Of a DNA stretch of 64,000 nt, positions 9,992 through 18,142 are shown piece by piece (positions within the stretch are counted from its first letter, which is position 1; the number at the start of each line of letters is the position of its first letter). Source of the stretch: Candidatus Anderseniibacteriota bacterium (GTDB lineage: Bacteria; Patescibacteriota; Andersenbacteria; UBA10190); the NCBI GenBank assembly GCA_040876835.1, contig JBBDOX010000018.1:18232-82231 (forward strand), in the 5' to 3' direction. Made by a program: the position numbers and the translations under genes. The notes under the pieces are model-generated. The model saw nothing but the letters and a program-made list of their open reading frames with translations, had not been told where the DNA came from and ran no database searches.

Positions 9992-11209
9992 TCAACTTTG
10001 CACTATCTTGATTTTAAGCTCTTCGAGGGCTCGCTGCAGGACCTCGTCCTCCTCAGTTTCCCGGTCGTCTTCTACTTCGATATCCGGCACAATGCCTTCG
10101 TCCTGAATGGAGCGGCCATTGGGGGTATACCACTTGGCAACGGTCACCCGCAGACTGGAGCCGTCGCTGAACGGAATGAGTTCCTGAACCGATCCTTTTC
10201 CGTATGACTTAGTACCGATAATCGTGGCGTCAATTTGCTCTTGCAAGGCTCCAGCCAGAATTTCAGAAGCTGAGGCGGAGCCGCTGTTGATGAGAACTAC
10301 CACCGGAATTTGAGAGAATTGCGGCTGGTCTTTGGTGCGGTATGGGCTGTCCGTCTTTCCTTTTTCTGACACAACTAACGTACCTGGGCTGAGGAAATTA
10401 CTGCTAATATCAACAGCTGACTGCAAGAATCCTCCGGGGTTATTACGAACATCAACAATAATTGCCTTGGCGCCACTACCAGAAAGCTGACGGGCTGCCT
10501 GCTTAAATTGCAGCACTGTTTCCCCGCCAAAGGATTTAATCGCGACATACCCTACATCCCCTTCTTCCATTCGAGACTCAATGCTTTTGACTTCAATAGT
10601 GTCGCGTACAATCGTAACTTCCCTTGTTTCATTCTCGCCGGGGCGGATAACGGTAAGTTTTACCTCCTGACCTTTCTCGCCGCGGATATGCTGCACCACT
10701 TCATCGATGGAGGTTCCGGATGTGATGGTCAGGTCATCCACCCCAACAATGATGTCCTCAGGCTCAATTCCTGCCTGATCAGCTGGCGAGTCCTGCAAAG
10801 GCGTAATGACTGTCACCAGACCATCCTTCACGCCAATTTCCACTCCAACGCCCGAGAATTTTCCTTTTAAGTTTTCCTGAAACTGTTTGGAGTCTTCGGG
10901 GGTAGAAAATACCGTATATGGATCACCGGTGGCACGGACCATGCCTTCCACAGCACCATAAAACAGGTTCCGATCATCAAGGTCGCCGATAAAATTACCG
11001 TGGAGTGCGTCCCAAGCGTTCCAGAATGTAGGAAAAGCAAACTGACGCTCGCCGTTTTCAGTTGATAATAGACGATACGGAGCGGCACCATCGAGAGTGG
11101 CGGGCACAACGTAGCGGCCGATAAAGACGCCTAAAGCCAGCACTAACAATACGCCGCCAATACGGCTAACTGAGCGAACGGGTTGGGATTTTGTAGTTAT
11201 TTCCTGCAC
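9992..11209 (-). CDS. ctpA: S41 C-terminal processing peptidase with PDZ domain
   Basis: DPYT, DVRNNPGG, SASASEILAGAL, GKGSVQ; AGGAG SD suggests the GTG start at 11209. Confidence 0.93.
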   Translation of the reverse strand: MQEITTKSQPVRSVSRIGGVLLVLALGVFIGRYVVPATLDGAAPYRLLSTENGERQFAFPTFWNAWDALHGNFIGDLDDRNLFYGAVEGMVRATGDPYTVFSTPEDSKQFQENLKGKFSGVGVEIGVKDGLVTVITPLQDSPADQAGIEPEDIIVGVDDLTITSGTSIDEVVQHIRGEKGQEVKLTVIRPGENETREVTIVRDTIEVKSIESRMEEGDVGYVAIKSFGGETVLQFKQAARQLSGSGAKAIIVDVRNNPGGFLQSAVDISSNFLSPGTLVVSEKGKTDSPYRTKDQPQFSQIPVVVLINSGSASASEILAGALQEQIDATIIGTKSYGKGSVQELIPFSDGSSLRVTVAKWYTPNGRSIQDEGIVPDIEVEDDRETEEDEVLQRALEELKIKIVQS

Positions 11210-11254
11210 AGAATATCTCCTATATGTACCACAACATCTCTGACTGCGCACGAC

Positions 11255-13060
11255 TTATTTCTTCTCGATATTCAGTTTGATATGCAGTTCGCGTAATTGC
11301 TTGTCGTCGACTGTAGACGGCGCGCTCATCATTACGTCTTGAGCCCGACCATTTTTAGGAAATGCGTAAATATCCCTGATACTTGGCACGTCCATAAGTA
11401 CCATCAAAAGGCGATCGACTCCTGGAGCAGATCCGCCATGAGGCGGGGCTCCAAATTCAAAGGCTCGGATCATGGCTCCGAATTTTTCATCTACTTGTTC
11501 CTTAGTGTATCCGGCTATCTCAAACGCTTTATACATAATATCCGGCCGGTGATTTCGAATGGCGCCAGAGCTAGTTTCAAATCCATTTAACACCAAGTCA
11601 TACTGATGCGCCAAGATGTGGATCGGATCTTTGGATACAAGTGCTTCCATTCCCCCTTGAGGCATTGAAAAAGGGTTATGCGAAAAGTCGATCTTTCCTT
11701 CCGTTTCATTAAATTCATACATCGGAAAATCAACAATCCAGCACCAGGCTGCTTTGTTCGGATCCTTCAGGTTCAGTTTTTGGGCAGCCAGATCACGAAC
11801 GGCTCCTAACGCTTTACAGACTACCAGCCACGTGTCCGCCCCGAAAAATATTGCGTCACCTTTTTTAGCGCCGACCTGGTCAGCAATTGCCTGTGCCGCC
11901 TCCTGCCCCAAGTATTTAATGATGGGTGATTCCAGTTCATCCCGTACCAGGATATATGCCAAGCCTTTAGCTCCATGCTCTTTGGCTTTGTCGGTGAGCT
12001 CATCAATCTCCTTGCGGGAGAAAGTTGCGCCCCCTGCTACATGCAAAGCGTGGACTACTCCCCCACCTGCAACCGCGCTGGCGAATACAGAAAATTTCGA
12101 ATCTTTTACCAGGTCAGATACTGCAGAGATGTATAGCTCATACCGCAAGTCCGGCTTATCACTACCATATTTTGTCATTGCCTCTTTCCAGGGAATACGC
12201 GGAAAACGTTTGGCCACAATCTCCTTATCGCTAAACGCTTCCGTCAGCTCTATCATCAGCGGCTCAATGACATTAAATACATCCTCCTGCTCCACGAAAC
12301 TCATTTCCAGATCAAGCTGATAGAACTCTCCGGGGTGACGATCGGCTCGCGGGTCTTCGTCCCGAAAACACGGCGCAATCTGGAAGTAACGGTCTACTCC
12401 CCCGACCATTAACAGCTGTTTGAATTGCTGCGGTGCCTGAGGGAGAGCATAAAAAGTTCCGGGATGAAGGCGGCTGGGCACGAGATAGTCGCGGGCTCCC
12501 TCAGGTGAGGAATTAGCCAGGATGGGCGTCTGCACTTCCGTAAATCCTTCGCCGTGCATATATTCACGAATGTACGTTAAGAACGCGTCACGTTTTTTAA
12601 GCATGTCCTGCAGCCGCTGGTGACGTAGATCCAGAAAACGGTATTTGAGGCGCAGCTCTTCGTTCACATCAATATCTTTGGAGATTTCAAAGGGAAGATG
12701 TTTAGCTTCGCTTAAGAGCGTAAGCTTAGTCACTTCCACTTCTACTTCCCCGGTCGGAATATTCTTGTTTACCATCTCGGCGGGCCGCTGAACCACAATG
12801 CCCGTAATCTGAATGACGAACTCATCACGTAACTGCTCGGCTAATTCAAACACCGTGACATTTTTTTTCGGGTCAAATGTTAGTTGCGTTATTCCGTATC
12901 GATCGCGGAGGTCAATGAAGATCAGCCCTCCGTGATCACGGCGTGAATGAACCCAGCCGGACAACCGCACTTCTTCTCCGACATGTGTAACGCGAAGATC
13001 TCCCGCAGTATGGGTGCGGTACACGTTTGGTTTTATACTTGGAGTTTTCTGTTCTGACAT
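11255..13060 (-). CDS. aspS: aspartate--tRNA ligase (probably non-discriminating)
   Basis: RDHGGLIFIDLRD, YFQIAPCFRDED, GAPPHGG; the His in RDHGG is typical of ND-AspRS. Confidence 0.98.
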   Translation of the reverse strand: MSEQKTPSIKPNVYRTHTAGDLRVTHVGEEVRLSGWVHSRRDHGGLIFIDLRDRYGITQLTFDPKKNVTVFELAEQLRDEFVIQITGIVVQRPAEMVNKNIPTGEVEVEVTKLTLLSEAKHLPFEISKDIDVNEELRLKYRFLDLRHQRLQDMLKKRDAFLTYIREYMHGEGFTEVQTPILANSSPEGARDYLVPSRLHPGTFYALPQAPQQFKQLLMVGGVDRYFQIAPCFRDEDPRADRHPGEFYQLDLEMSFVEQEDVFNVIEPLMIELTEAFSDKEIVAKRFPRIPWKEAMTKYGSDKPDLRYELYISAVSDLVKDSKFSVFASAVAGGGVVHALHVAGGATFSRKEIDELTDKAKEHGAKGLAYILVRDELESPIIKYLGQEAAQAIADQVGAKKGDAIFFGADTWLVVCKALGAVRDLAAQKLNLKDPNKAAWCWIVDFPMYEFNETEGKIDFSHNPFSMPQGGMEALVSKDPIHILAHQYDLVLNGFETSSGAIRNHRPDIMYKAFEIAGYTKEQVDEKFGAMIRAFEFGAPPHGGSAPGVDRLLMVLMDVPSIRDIYAFPKNGRAQDVMMSAPSTVDDKQLRELHIKLNIEKK

Positions 13061-13097
13061 GGCTTAAGGGTACTGGAGATGTGGGTTTATAGGCAAC

Positions 13098-13149
13098 AAA
13101 AAACCGAGAAGACTAACCACAACCCATGTTGCGATTACTCTCCTCGGTT
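13098..13149 (-). terminator. long intrinsic terminator hairpin just upstream of aspS
   Basis: minus strand AACCGAGGAGAGTAATCGCAAC-ATGG-GTTGTGGTTAGTCTTCTCGGTTTTTT. Confidence 0.75.
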
Positions 13150-13340
13150 CCTATCCAACTGCAAGCAGCTGGACAAGAGGTCGTATGCCGAGGATGCGCC
13201 CCGCTCCTTCAAACGGGGCTTTTTTGAGGTAATGAACACTGCGCAAATGCGCATTTGAGAATCCCCCTTCTCTCAAACGGGCACTTTTCCACAGATTCTG
13301 AACGAACGTTCAAATATACCGATACGAACAGAAAAAGACA

Positions 13341-13533
13341 AGGGTAAATGCAAAATCCGACTCATCAGTGGCAAAGAGTGAATTCGCGCAAGCAGTAGGA
13401 ATGCACGAGAGCTTAAACACTCAAGACAGGGCAAGCCGAAACTGTCCCAGCTATGTTGCGCTAAGCCACCCCTAACGTAAGTAAATATATCAGGGGCCCC
13501 TCCTTACCACGGACAAGGCGGATTTTTATACCT
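13341..13533 (-). ncRNA. ssrS: probable 6S RNA
   Basis: ~190-nt rod: closing stem AAAATCCG/CGGATTTT plus GTGGTAAGGAG/CTCTTTGCCAC, central bubble with CCCCTGATATATTTAC, inner stems TAGGGGTG/CATTCCTA, GCTTAG/TTAAGC, GGGACAG/CTGTCTT; G-U pairs fix the minus strand. Confidence 0.65.
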
Positions 13534-13550
13534 AATTCAATGAACTGATT

Positions 13551-13578
13551 ATTATAATCATCCAGGAGGTTTTGTCAA
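13551..13578 (-). promoter_or_regulatory. consensus sigma70 promoter for the 6S-like RNA
   Basis: TTGACA-16 nt-TATAAT on the minus strand. Confidence 0.75.
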
Positions 13579-13658
13579 GTGCATTTAGAAGACCAAAGAA
13601 AAAGCGGGTGGATACAGCTTACATCCGACCCGCTACCTTGCTTTTGTGAACTGCTTGG

Positions 13659-14042
13659 CTAGTGTGCAGCCAGCCACCAGTTCCGGCTGTCGCGCTGCCG
13701 TGCGGTCCGGTTGTGCCGACGTCCGCCTCGGTGCTTTTTGGGTTCCCTGGGGCGGAACACACTCTTGAGTCCCGCATAGTTCAGCAGGAGCTCTCGACCA
13801 GCTTCGGGGGGCAACGCCCGCACGTTTGGGTCATGGCGACACTCGACGTGCACCAGGCCAACCTCGGGCGACCCGTTGCGAGCGAGGACCGACGGCTGCT
13901 CCCAGTCGACGTCCTTTTTGCAACCCAGACAGCGATCGTGGCGCTTGATCGCTTGCCGGATCTTTCGCTTCTGCAGCCGCGTCAGTCCTACGCCCAGTGC
14001 CTTGTCTGGGCAGCTTCGCTGCAACACCAGCAGTTCGGTCAT
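13659..14042 (-). CDS. basic hypothetical protein with CxxC...HxxC putative zinc site
   Basis: AAGGGAG SD; CLGC...GLVHVEC; Arg-rich tail; own terminator (13596-13634). Confidence 0.7.
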   Translation of the reverse strand: MTELLVLQRSCPDKALGVGLTRLQKRKIRQAIKRHDRCLGCKKDVDWEQPSVLARNGSPEVGLVHVECRHDPNVRALPPEAGRELLLNYAGLKSVFRPREPKKHRGGRRHNRTARQRDSRNWWLAAH

Positions 14043-14254
14043 GATCCGCTCCCTTGCGAACCAGAAAAATGTCGGCCTATTCCAGTCAGGCCAACGGAAA
14101 GCCTTCGCAGAAAGAAACGTACTAGTGTGACACTACGCCACATAGGGACTACGTTACTCCTCACTTTCATTTTTTGTCAACGCCTTCCGACATAGAAAAA
14201 GAAAAGCGGATGAAGCAGTAAATACTTCACCCGCCTGAAATCCTTCGTCCTGAT

Positions 14255-14956
14255 TCAGCGCCAGGACGCGAACGACTCTTCGTGGCTGCTCGTCGACTGC
14301 TTCCGCAAGTCAGACAGACGCCGCTTTTCGGCCTCGATGACCCTGTCGCGGATGATCCGGCCAATCTCAAGCGAGGTCAGCAGTTGGCACAAGATTCTGG
14401 GGTGCTTCTGCTGAAGCTTTCGCACGCACCTCTGGTCGGCGTGTACCAAGCCGATCGCCTTGCACCGATCACGGTCGCCGATGCGCACCATGTACCCCTT
14501 GTCGAGCACGGGTTCCGTGCATCCCGTGCAAGCGGCATTCTTCTTGAGCCAGGTCCGAGCCTCTTTCTGCTCCTCGGCGTTGAGACCGCGACCTTCCCGC
14601 TTGCCATTGCTGACCCTGACAGCAGCGAACGGGCGCGGGAAGGACAGAAGGCTGGCCTTCGCCATCTTCGTCTTGACCATGCTCTCGTCCAGCTGTTTCC
14701 ACAGCTCGCCGGGGGTGCTCAGTTCGTAATCCCCCTCAGCGTACGCCGCTTCGAAGATCACTTCGATCCGGTTTCCCCTCTTGACAGCCAGGAGCCGCTC
14801 ACCCAGCCGCAGCCACTGCTTCAGAATGGGACACTGCCCATACTGCCAGTCCTGCAGGATGACGAGCACCTCATCGACCGGAACCCCCAGCCAATTTGCC
14901 AACTCAGACAAATTGAAGCCAGCGTGCCGGTTCTGCACTCCCACATCGGTCTTCAT
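14255..14956 (-). CDS. hypothetical protein with possible N-terminal HTH and CxxC...HxxxxC domain
   Basis: AAAGGAG SD; LSELANWLGV; CTGC...GLVHADQRC; own terminator (14196-14235). Confidence 0.7.
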   Translation of the reverse strand: MKTDVGVQNRHAGFNLSELANWLGVPVDEVLVILQDWQYGQCPILKQWLRLGERLLAVKRGNRIEVIFEAAYAEGDYELSTPGELWKQLDESMVKTKMAKASLLSFPRPFAAVRVSNGKREGRGLNAEEQKEARTWLKKNAACTGCTEPVLDKGYMVRIGDRDRCKAIGLVHADQRCVRKLQQKHPRILCQLLTSLEIGRIIRDRVIEAEKRRLSDLRKQSTSSHEESFASWR

Positions 14957-15156
14957 TTCGCACTCCTTTCAGACATGAGATACTGGCTCATTCCACGAAC
15001 CAGCGAAAACCACAATCTTGAAAAAAACAAGTGTCAAATGACACATATATTTACCCTACACTTTTCACCCTTTTTGTCAATCAGCCTTGACACTTGCCTA
15101 ACCTGCATCAAAACTTGCAATCTTTGATTTTTATGGGTTTAATACTTCTACCCTAT

Positions 15157-15228
15157 GCGCCCATAGCTCAATGGTAGAGCAGTGGCCTTTTAAGCCAACG
15201 GTTCCAGGTTCAAGTCCTGGTGGGCGCA
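15157..15228 (+). tRNA. tRNA-Lys(TTT)
   Basis: GCGCCCA/TGGGCGC acceptor stem, anticodon loop CTTTTAA, T-loop GTTCAAGT; CCA not encoded. Confidence 0.95.
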
Positions 15229-15325
15229 CAATCTAAAGTATGGTCGCGGTATTAAATTGGAGGCTCAAGTCAGTTTTTAACCTGGCTCTTTTAAGAATAT
15301 CCAGGCATGCAACCCTGGCTCTTTC

Positions 15326-16153
15326 TTAAGGGTTTTTAAGAATTTCTTCAATTCGGGGATTCTGATCAACTTTTCTGCCAAGCAACTGCAGTGATTCAAA
15401 GATATCAGCAATAAGTCCCGCCGCCTGTTCGTTTTTAATAACTACAGCCACTAATTCCTGCCAGTTGGCAATGATCACCGTATCGTTATGCAACGTTACC
15501 TCTGAGTCAAAGTTTAATCGTTCAGCTGGAACATGGTGAGTAATTGCGAGACGCCCACCGTATGCCTGCAAAATATCTTTTGATGATTTCCCCTCTTTTT
15601 TAAGCCGATCAGTGTAGTAATCAAGGAAATTCTCCTGCAGGATCGCCTCAACAATAATTTTTCGATCCTTTATGGATTGATTTAGTTTTACAAGCCGATC
15701 ATAAGGAAAGTGTTTCATTACGCTATAGGCTGAGATGTTCGGTTGCATGATGTGAAGACGAGTATGGCGAGGAAGCTGTCCCAGGCTTTCATAAATCTCA
15801 ACCAACTTATTCTTTCCCGCATACACTTTGTATTCGCTCTGCTGCGAGGAAATAATGCCCAGCTCTTGCTCACCTGACTCCTCCGCAATTTCGTGAGAAT
15901 GCGCAAGCATGAATAGTTTTTCGCGCAATTTTCTTGGCGATACCGTCTTCCAGTATCGCCGCTTGCCGCGGTTAGTGGTAGTAACTAGGCCTCGCTCCTT
16001 CAGGCGTGAAAGCCTCGGGTATACACTCGTGCGCGGCTGGTGAGTACTTCGGGCCAGCTCAGACACACTTAAATCGTGCTTTTCGAGCATTTTGAGAAGC
16101 GCATTATCTTCTGACGTAAGCCCTAATAAGGTGAGCGATTCCCGAGTAAACAT
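15326..16153 (-). CDS. TrmB-family helix-turn-helix transcriptional regulator
   Basis: LGLT..VSELARSTHQPRTSVYPRLSRLKERGLV wHTH; C-terminal effector-like domain typical of CPR TrmB proteins. Confidence 0.85.
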   Translation of the reverse strand: MFTRESLTLLGLTSEDNALLKMLEKHDLSVSELARSTHQPRTSVYPRLSRLKERGLVTTTNRGKRRYWKTVSPRKLREKLFMLAHSHEIAEESGEQELGIISSQQSEYKVYAGKNKLVEIYESLGQLPRHTRLHIMQPNISAYSVMKHFPYDRLVKLNQSIKDRKIIVEAILQENFLDYYTDRLKKEGKSSKDILQAYGGRLAITHHVPAERLNFDSEVTLHNDTVIIANWQELVAVVIKNEQAAGLIADIFESLQLLGRKVDQNPRIEEILKNP

Positions 16154-16170
16154 ATATTCATTATATATTA

Positions 16171-16187
16171 TGACGTAATTTACGTCA
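16171..16187. promoter_or_regulatory. perfect palindromic operator TGACGTAA-T-TTACGTCA
   Basis: inverted repeat in the divergent intergenic region between the regulator and the radical SAM gene. Confidence 0.6.
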
Positions 16188-16342
16188 ACATAACTTCATA
16201 TAATATGGCTATACGTAACTGTAAACAAGCCTAAAGTAAAAAAGTGTTGTGAAAAATAGAGGTTAGCGCCGCAATGCACCAAACTTGGGCTACACAGTCA
16301 ATGACCGCTCTTTTCATGTCCAAATCTTGGAGGGAATACGCC

Positions 16343-17326
16343 ATGTCAGACCTTACCGAAGACCGCCAGGTCCTGGTCAACCTCGAGATCAATAAGGACT
16401 GTCAGCTCACCAGTGTGTGTGGTGACAGTTGTTTTCTGAACCTCGTGGAGAAAGCCTTGCCTGGTGTGGAGCGACTTGCGCCGGCGGCAGTACTTGCCGC
16501 CGCTCGGGAAGTAATCGACCACGGTCAGACAGTGCGTCACCTTGCTATTACGGGCAAGGAGCCGCTGGACACCCCGGATCTGTTGTTCGACATCTTGCGG
16601 TATTACCATGCTGCACCAGTCGAGTCACGGCCGGGTACCGTGGGCATTATTACGTCGGGCTTGCAACTTCGACGACATGCCCACCGCTTCCCGGAGTTGC
16701 CGCTGGATTGGTGTGCTATGTCCCTTGATATCGCATCATCGGTCTTGCATGTCGAGCGCATGAACGAAAAGCTGTTCGGCGACCTGCTACACGTGAAGGA
16801 CACTGGCGGGATCAAGTCGTTCACGGTTAATTCCGTGTACACGGCTGATAACTACAAGGATGTCCTGCAATTCGGCAAATGGCTTACCGCTAAGCTGGGC
16901 GAAGGAGACCAGTGGGGCTTGTCATCACTGATGCTTCCTCAGCATGGCGTGATGCAGCCAACTGTTTCGATTCCGGCGACCCGCGAGATGATTGACCTCG
17001 CACTCGAGGAGTTGAGTGATACAGCCTGCGATATCCTCTTCGAACCTGACCCTGACGAGTTTGAGATTTTGACTGGCAAGTCAGTCAAGAAGCGATGGCG
17101 AACTGAGCTGCACCTCGCTGGGGGTATCTGGATGATTACGGTACCAAGCGAAGAAGGCTACTTTGTACGGCTGCGCTGGGATGGGCAGCTGTTGACCCGC
17201 AAGGACTTGCGATGCATTGGTCTTCGCCAGGCGACCTACGGCGCCTACCAGGCAGGTAGACTCGTAGAAACACTGGAGCGGTTGAGTGTTACTCGGTCGC
17301 TGGACCAGCAACCCACACAACACTGA
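16343..17326 (+). CDS. radical SAM-fold protein with atypical CX5CX3C motif
   Basis: VNLEINKDCQLTSVCGDSCF, ITGKEPL (GGEP-like), IITSG, CAMSLD, VNSV; GGAGGG SD before ATG 16343. Confidence 0.75.
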   Translation: MSDLTEDRQVLVNLEINKDCQLTSVCGDSCFLNLVEKALPGVERLAPAAVLAAAREVIDHGQTVRHLAITGKEPLDTPDLLFDILRYYHAAPVESRPGTVGIITSGLQLRRHAHRFPELPLDWCAMSLDIASSVLHVERMNEKLFGDLLHVKDTGGIKSFTVNSVYTADNYKDVLQFGKWLTAKLGEGDQWGLSSLMLPQHGVMQPTVSIPATREMIDLALEELSDTACDILFEPDPDEFEILTGKSVKKRWRTELHLAGGIWMITVPSEEGYFVRLRWDGQLLTRKDLRCIGLRQATYGAYQAGRLVETLERLSVTRSLDQQPTQH

Positions 17327-17333
17327 GGTGACC

Positions 17334-17423
17334 ATGGTGTTAGGCAACGAGATGGCGAACGAGGGTCTCTCAAGAAGGAAGAGGAGGACGCAGATGGTAC
17401 TCGGCAACGAGATGGCAAAGGAA
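17334..17423 (+). repeat. imperfect direct repeat ATGGT.(T/C)T.GGCAACGAGATGGC.AA.GA
   Basis: copies start at 17334 and 17394; differences in the first eight codons are synonymous. Confidence 0.85.
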
Positions 17424-17549
17424 AACCTGCGCGAACGTCTGCACAAGACGACGAGCCAGGCAGCAAAGAAGCAGTCCCCAGCGGACGCCCCCAAGGACGA
17501 GAAGTGTGAGAACCAGGAGAGCAAGGAACAGGCTCACGGTTCGCACTAG
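17334..17549 (+). CDS. small peptide with duplicated MVLGNEMA unit (candidate precursor or partner)
   Basis: GAGGTG SD overlapping the upstream stop; repeat at 20-codon spacing; terminator follows. Confidence 0.65.
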   Translation: MVLGNEMANEGLSRRKRRTQMVLGNEMAKENLRERLHKTTSQAAKKQSPADAPKDEKCENQESKEQAHGSH

Positions 17550-17569
17550 CAGACTCTCTGTCTGCGCCC

Positions 17570-17607
17570 CGCCCCCAGGTTTTACAACTTGGGGGTCTTT
17601 TTCTTTT
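17570..17607 (+). terminator. intrinsic terminator closing the radical SAM-peptide operon
   Basis: GCCCCCAGGTT-TTAC-AACTTGGGGGT followed by a T-tract. Confidence 0.8.
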
Positions 17608-17703
17608 CACAGATGTTGACACTAATGGATCGCCATGATAATACTTTCTGGTCAAACTACGGTGGTTTGATAATGGGTTGACACTCTTTAGGAGAGCCCA
17701 CAG

Positions 17704-17997
17704 ATGGAAACGAGCAAGACGGTGGCAGTGAAGCGTCGTCCATTCCACGAGACGGTCGTCGACGCCATCAACGCCTGCGACGTGGAGACGTTCCTGTGCC
17801 TGACAGAGCTGATCAAGATTACCAAAATCCCCAAGGGGCATGACGAGATCATCTCAGCCTGGGAGGGACGTCGGGAGCAACTGGTCTTCCCCGACGGATA
17901 CCGCGGGGTGGTGGCTGATCTCCTCGAGCAGAAAGAGGAAGCAGCCGCGAAGGAAGTGGCCAAGCAAGAGGCAGAGCCCATCTCCTCCCCGTCCTGA
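17704..17997 (+). CDS. hypothetical protein (orphan cassette)
   Basis: AGGAG SD, TTGACA/TACTTT promoter upstream, GC-rich codons, T-tract terminator. Confidence 0.7.
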   Translation: METSKTVAVKRRPFHETVVDAINACDVETFLCLTELIKITKIPKGHDEIISAWEGRREQLVFPDGYRGVVADLLEQKEEAAAKEVAKQEAEPISSPS

Positions 17998-18142
17998 GTT
18001 CCTTGACCGCGCAAGCGCACGACCTACGGGTACGGCGTTTTTCTTTTGTTGATTGTGCTACAATATAGTCATAAGTTATCCACATTGCTTTCGGGGGAGG
18101 GGCGTTGGATTATCCTTCATTAAACATTAAACACAAATACGT

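Noticed and set aside
13090-13540. T-box riboswitch, RNase P, tmRNA or SRP RNA upstream of aspS
   Set aside because: No T-box AGGGTGGNACCGCG, no RNase P GAGGAAAGTCC, no tRNA-like tmRNA ends and no SRP GGAA tetraloop motif found
14282-15127. 281-aa + strand ORF (and 13662..14195) overlapping the orphan genes
   Set aside because: Antisense shadows of GC-rich minus-strand genes that have SD sequences, terminators and shared motifs
15157-18050. Integrative element at tRNA-Lys
   Set aside because: No integrase and no duplicated tRNA 3' end (att site) detected by eye
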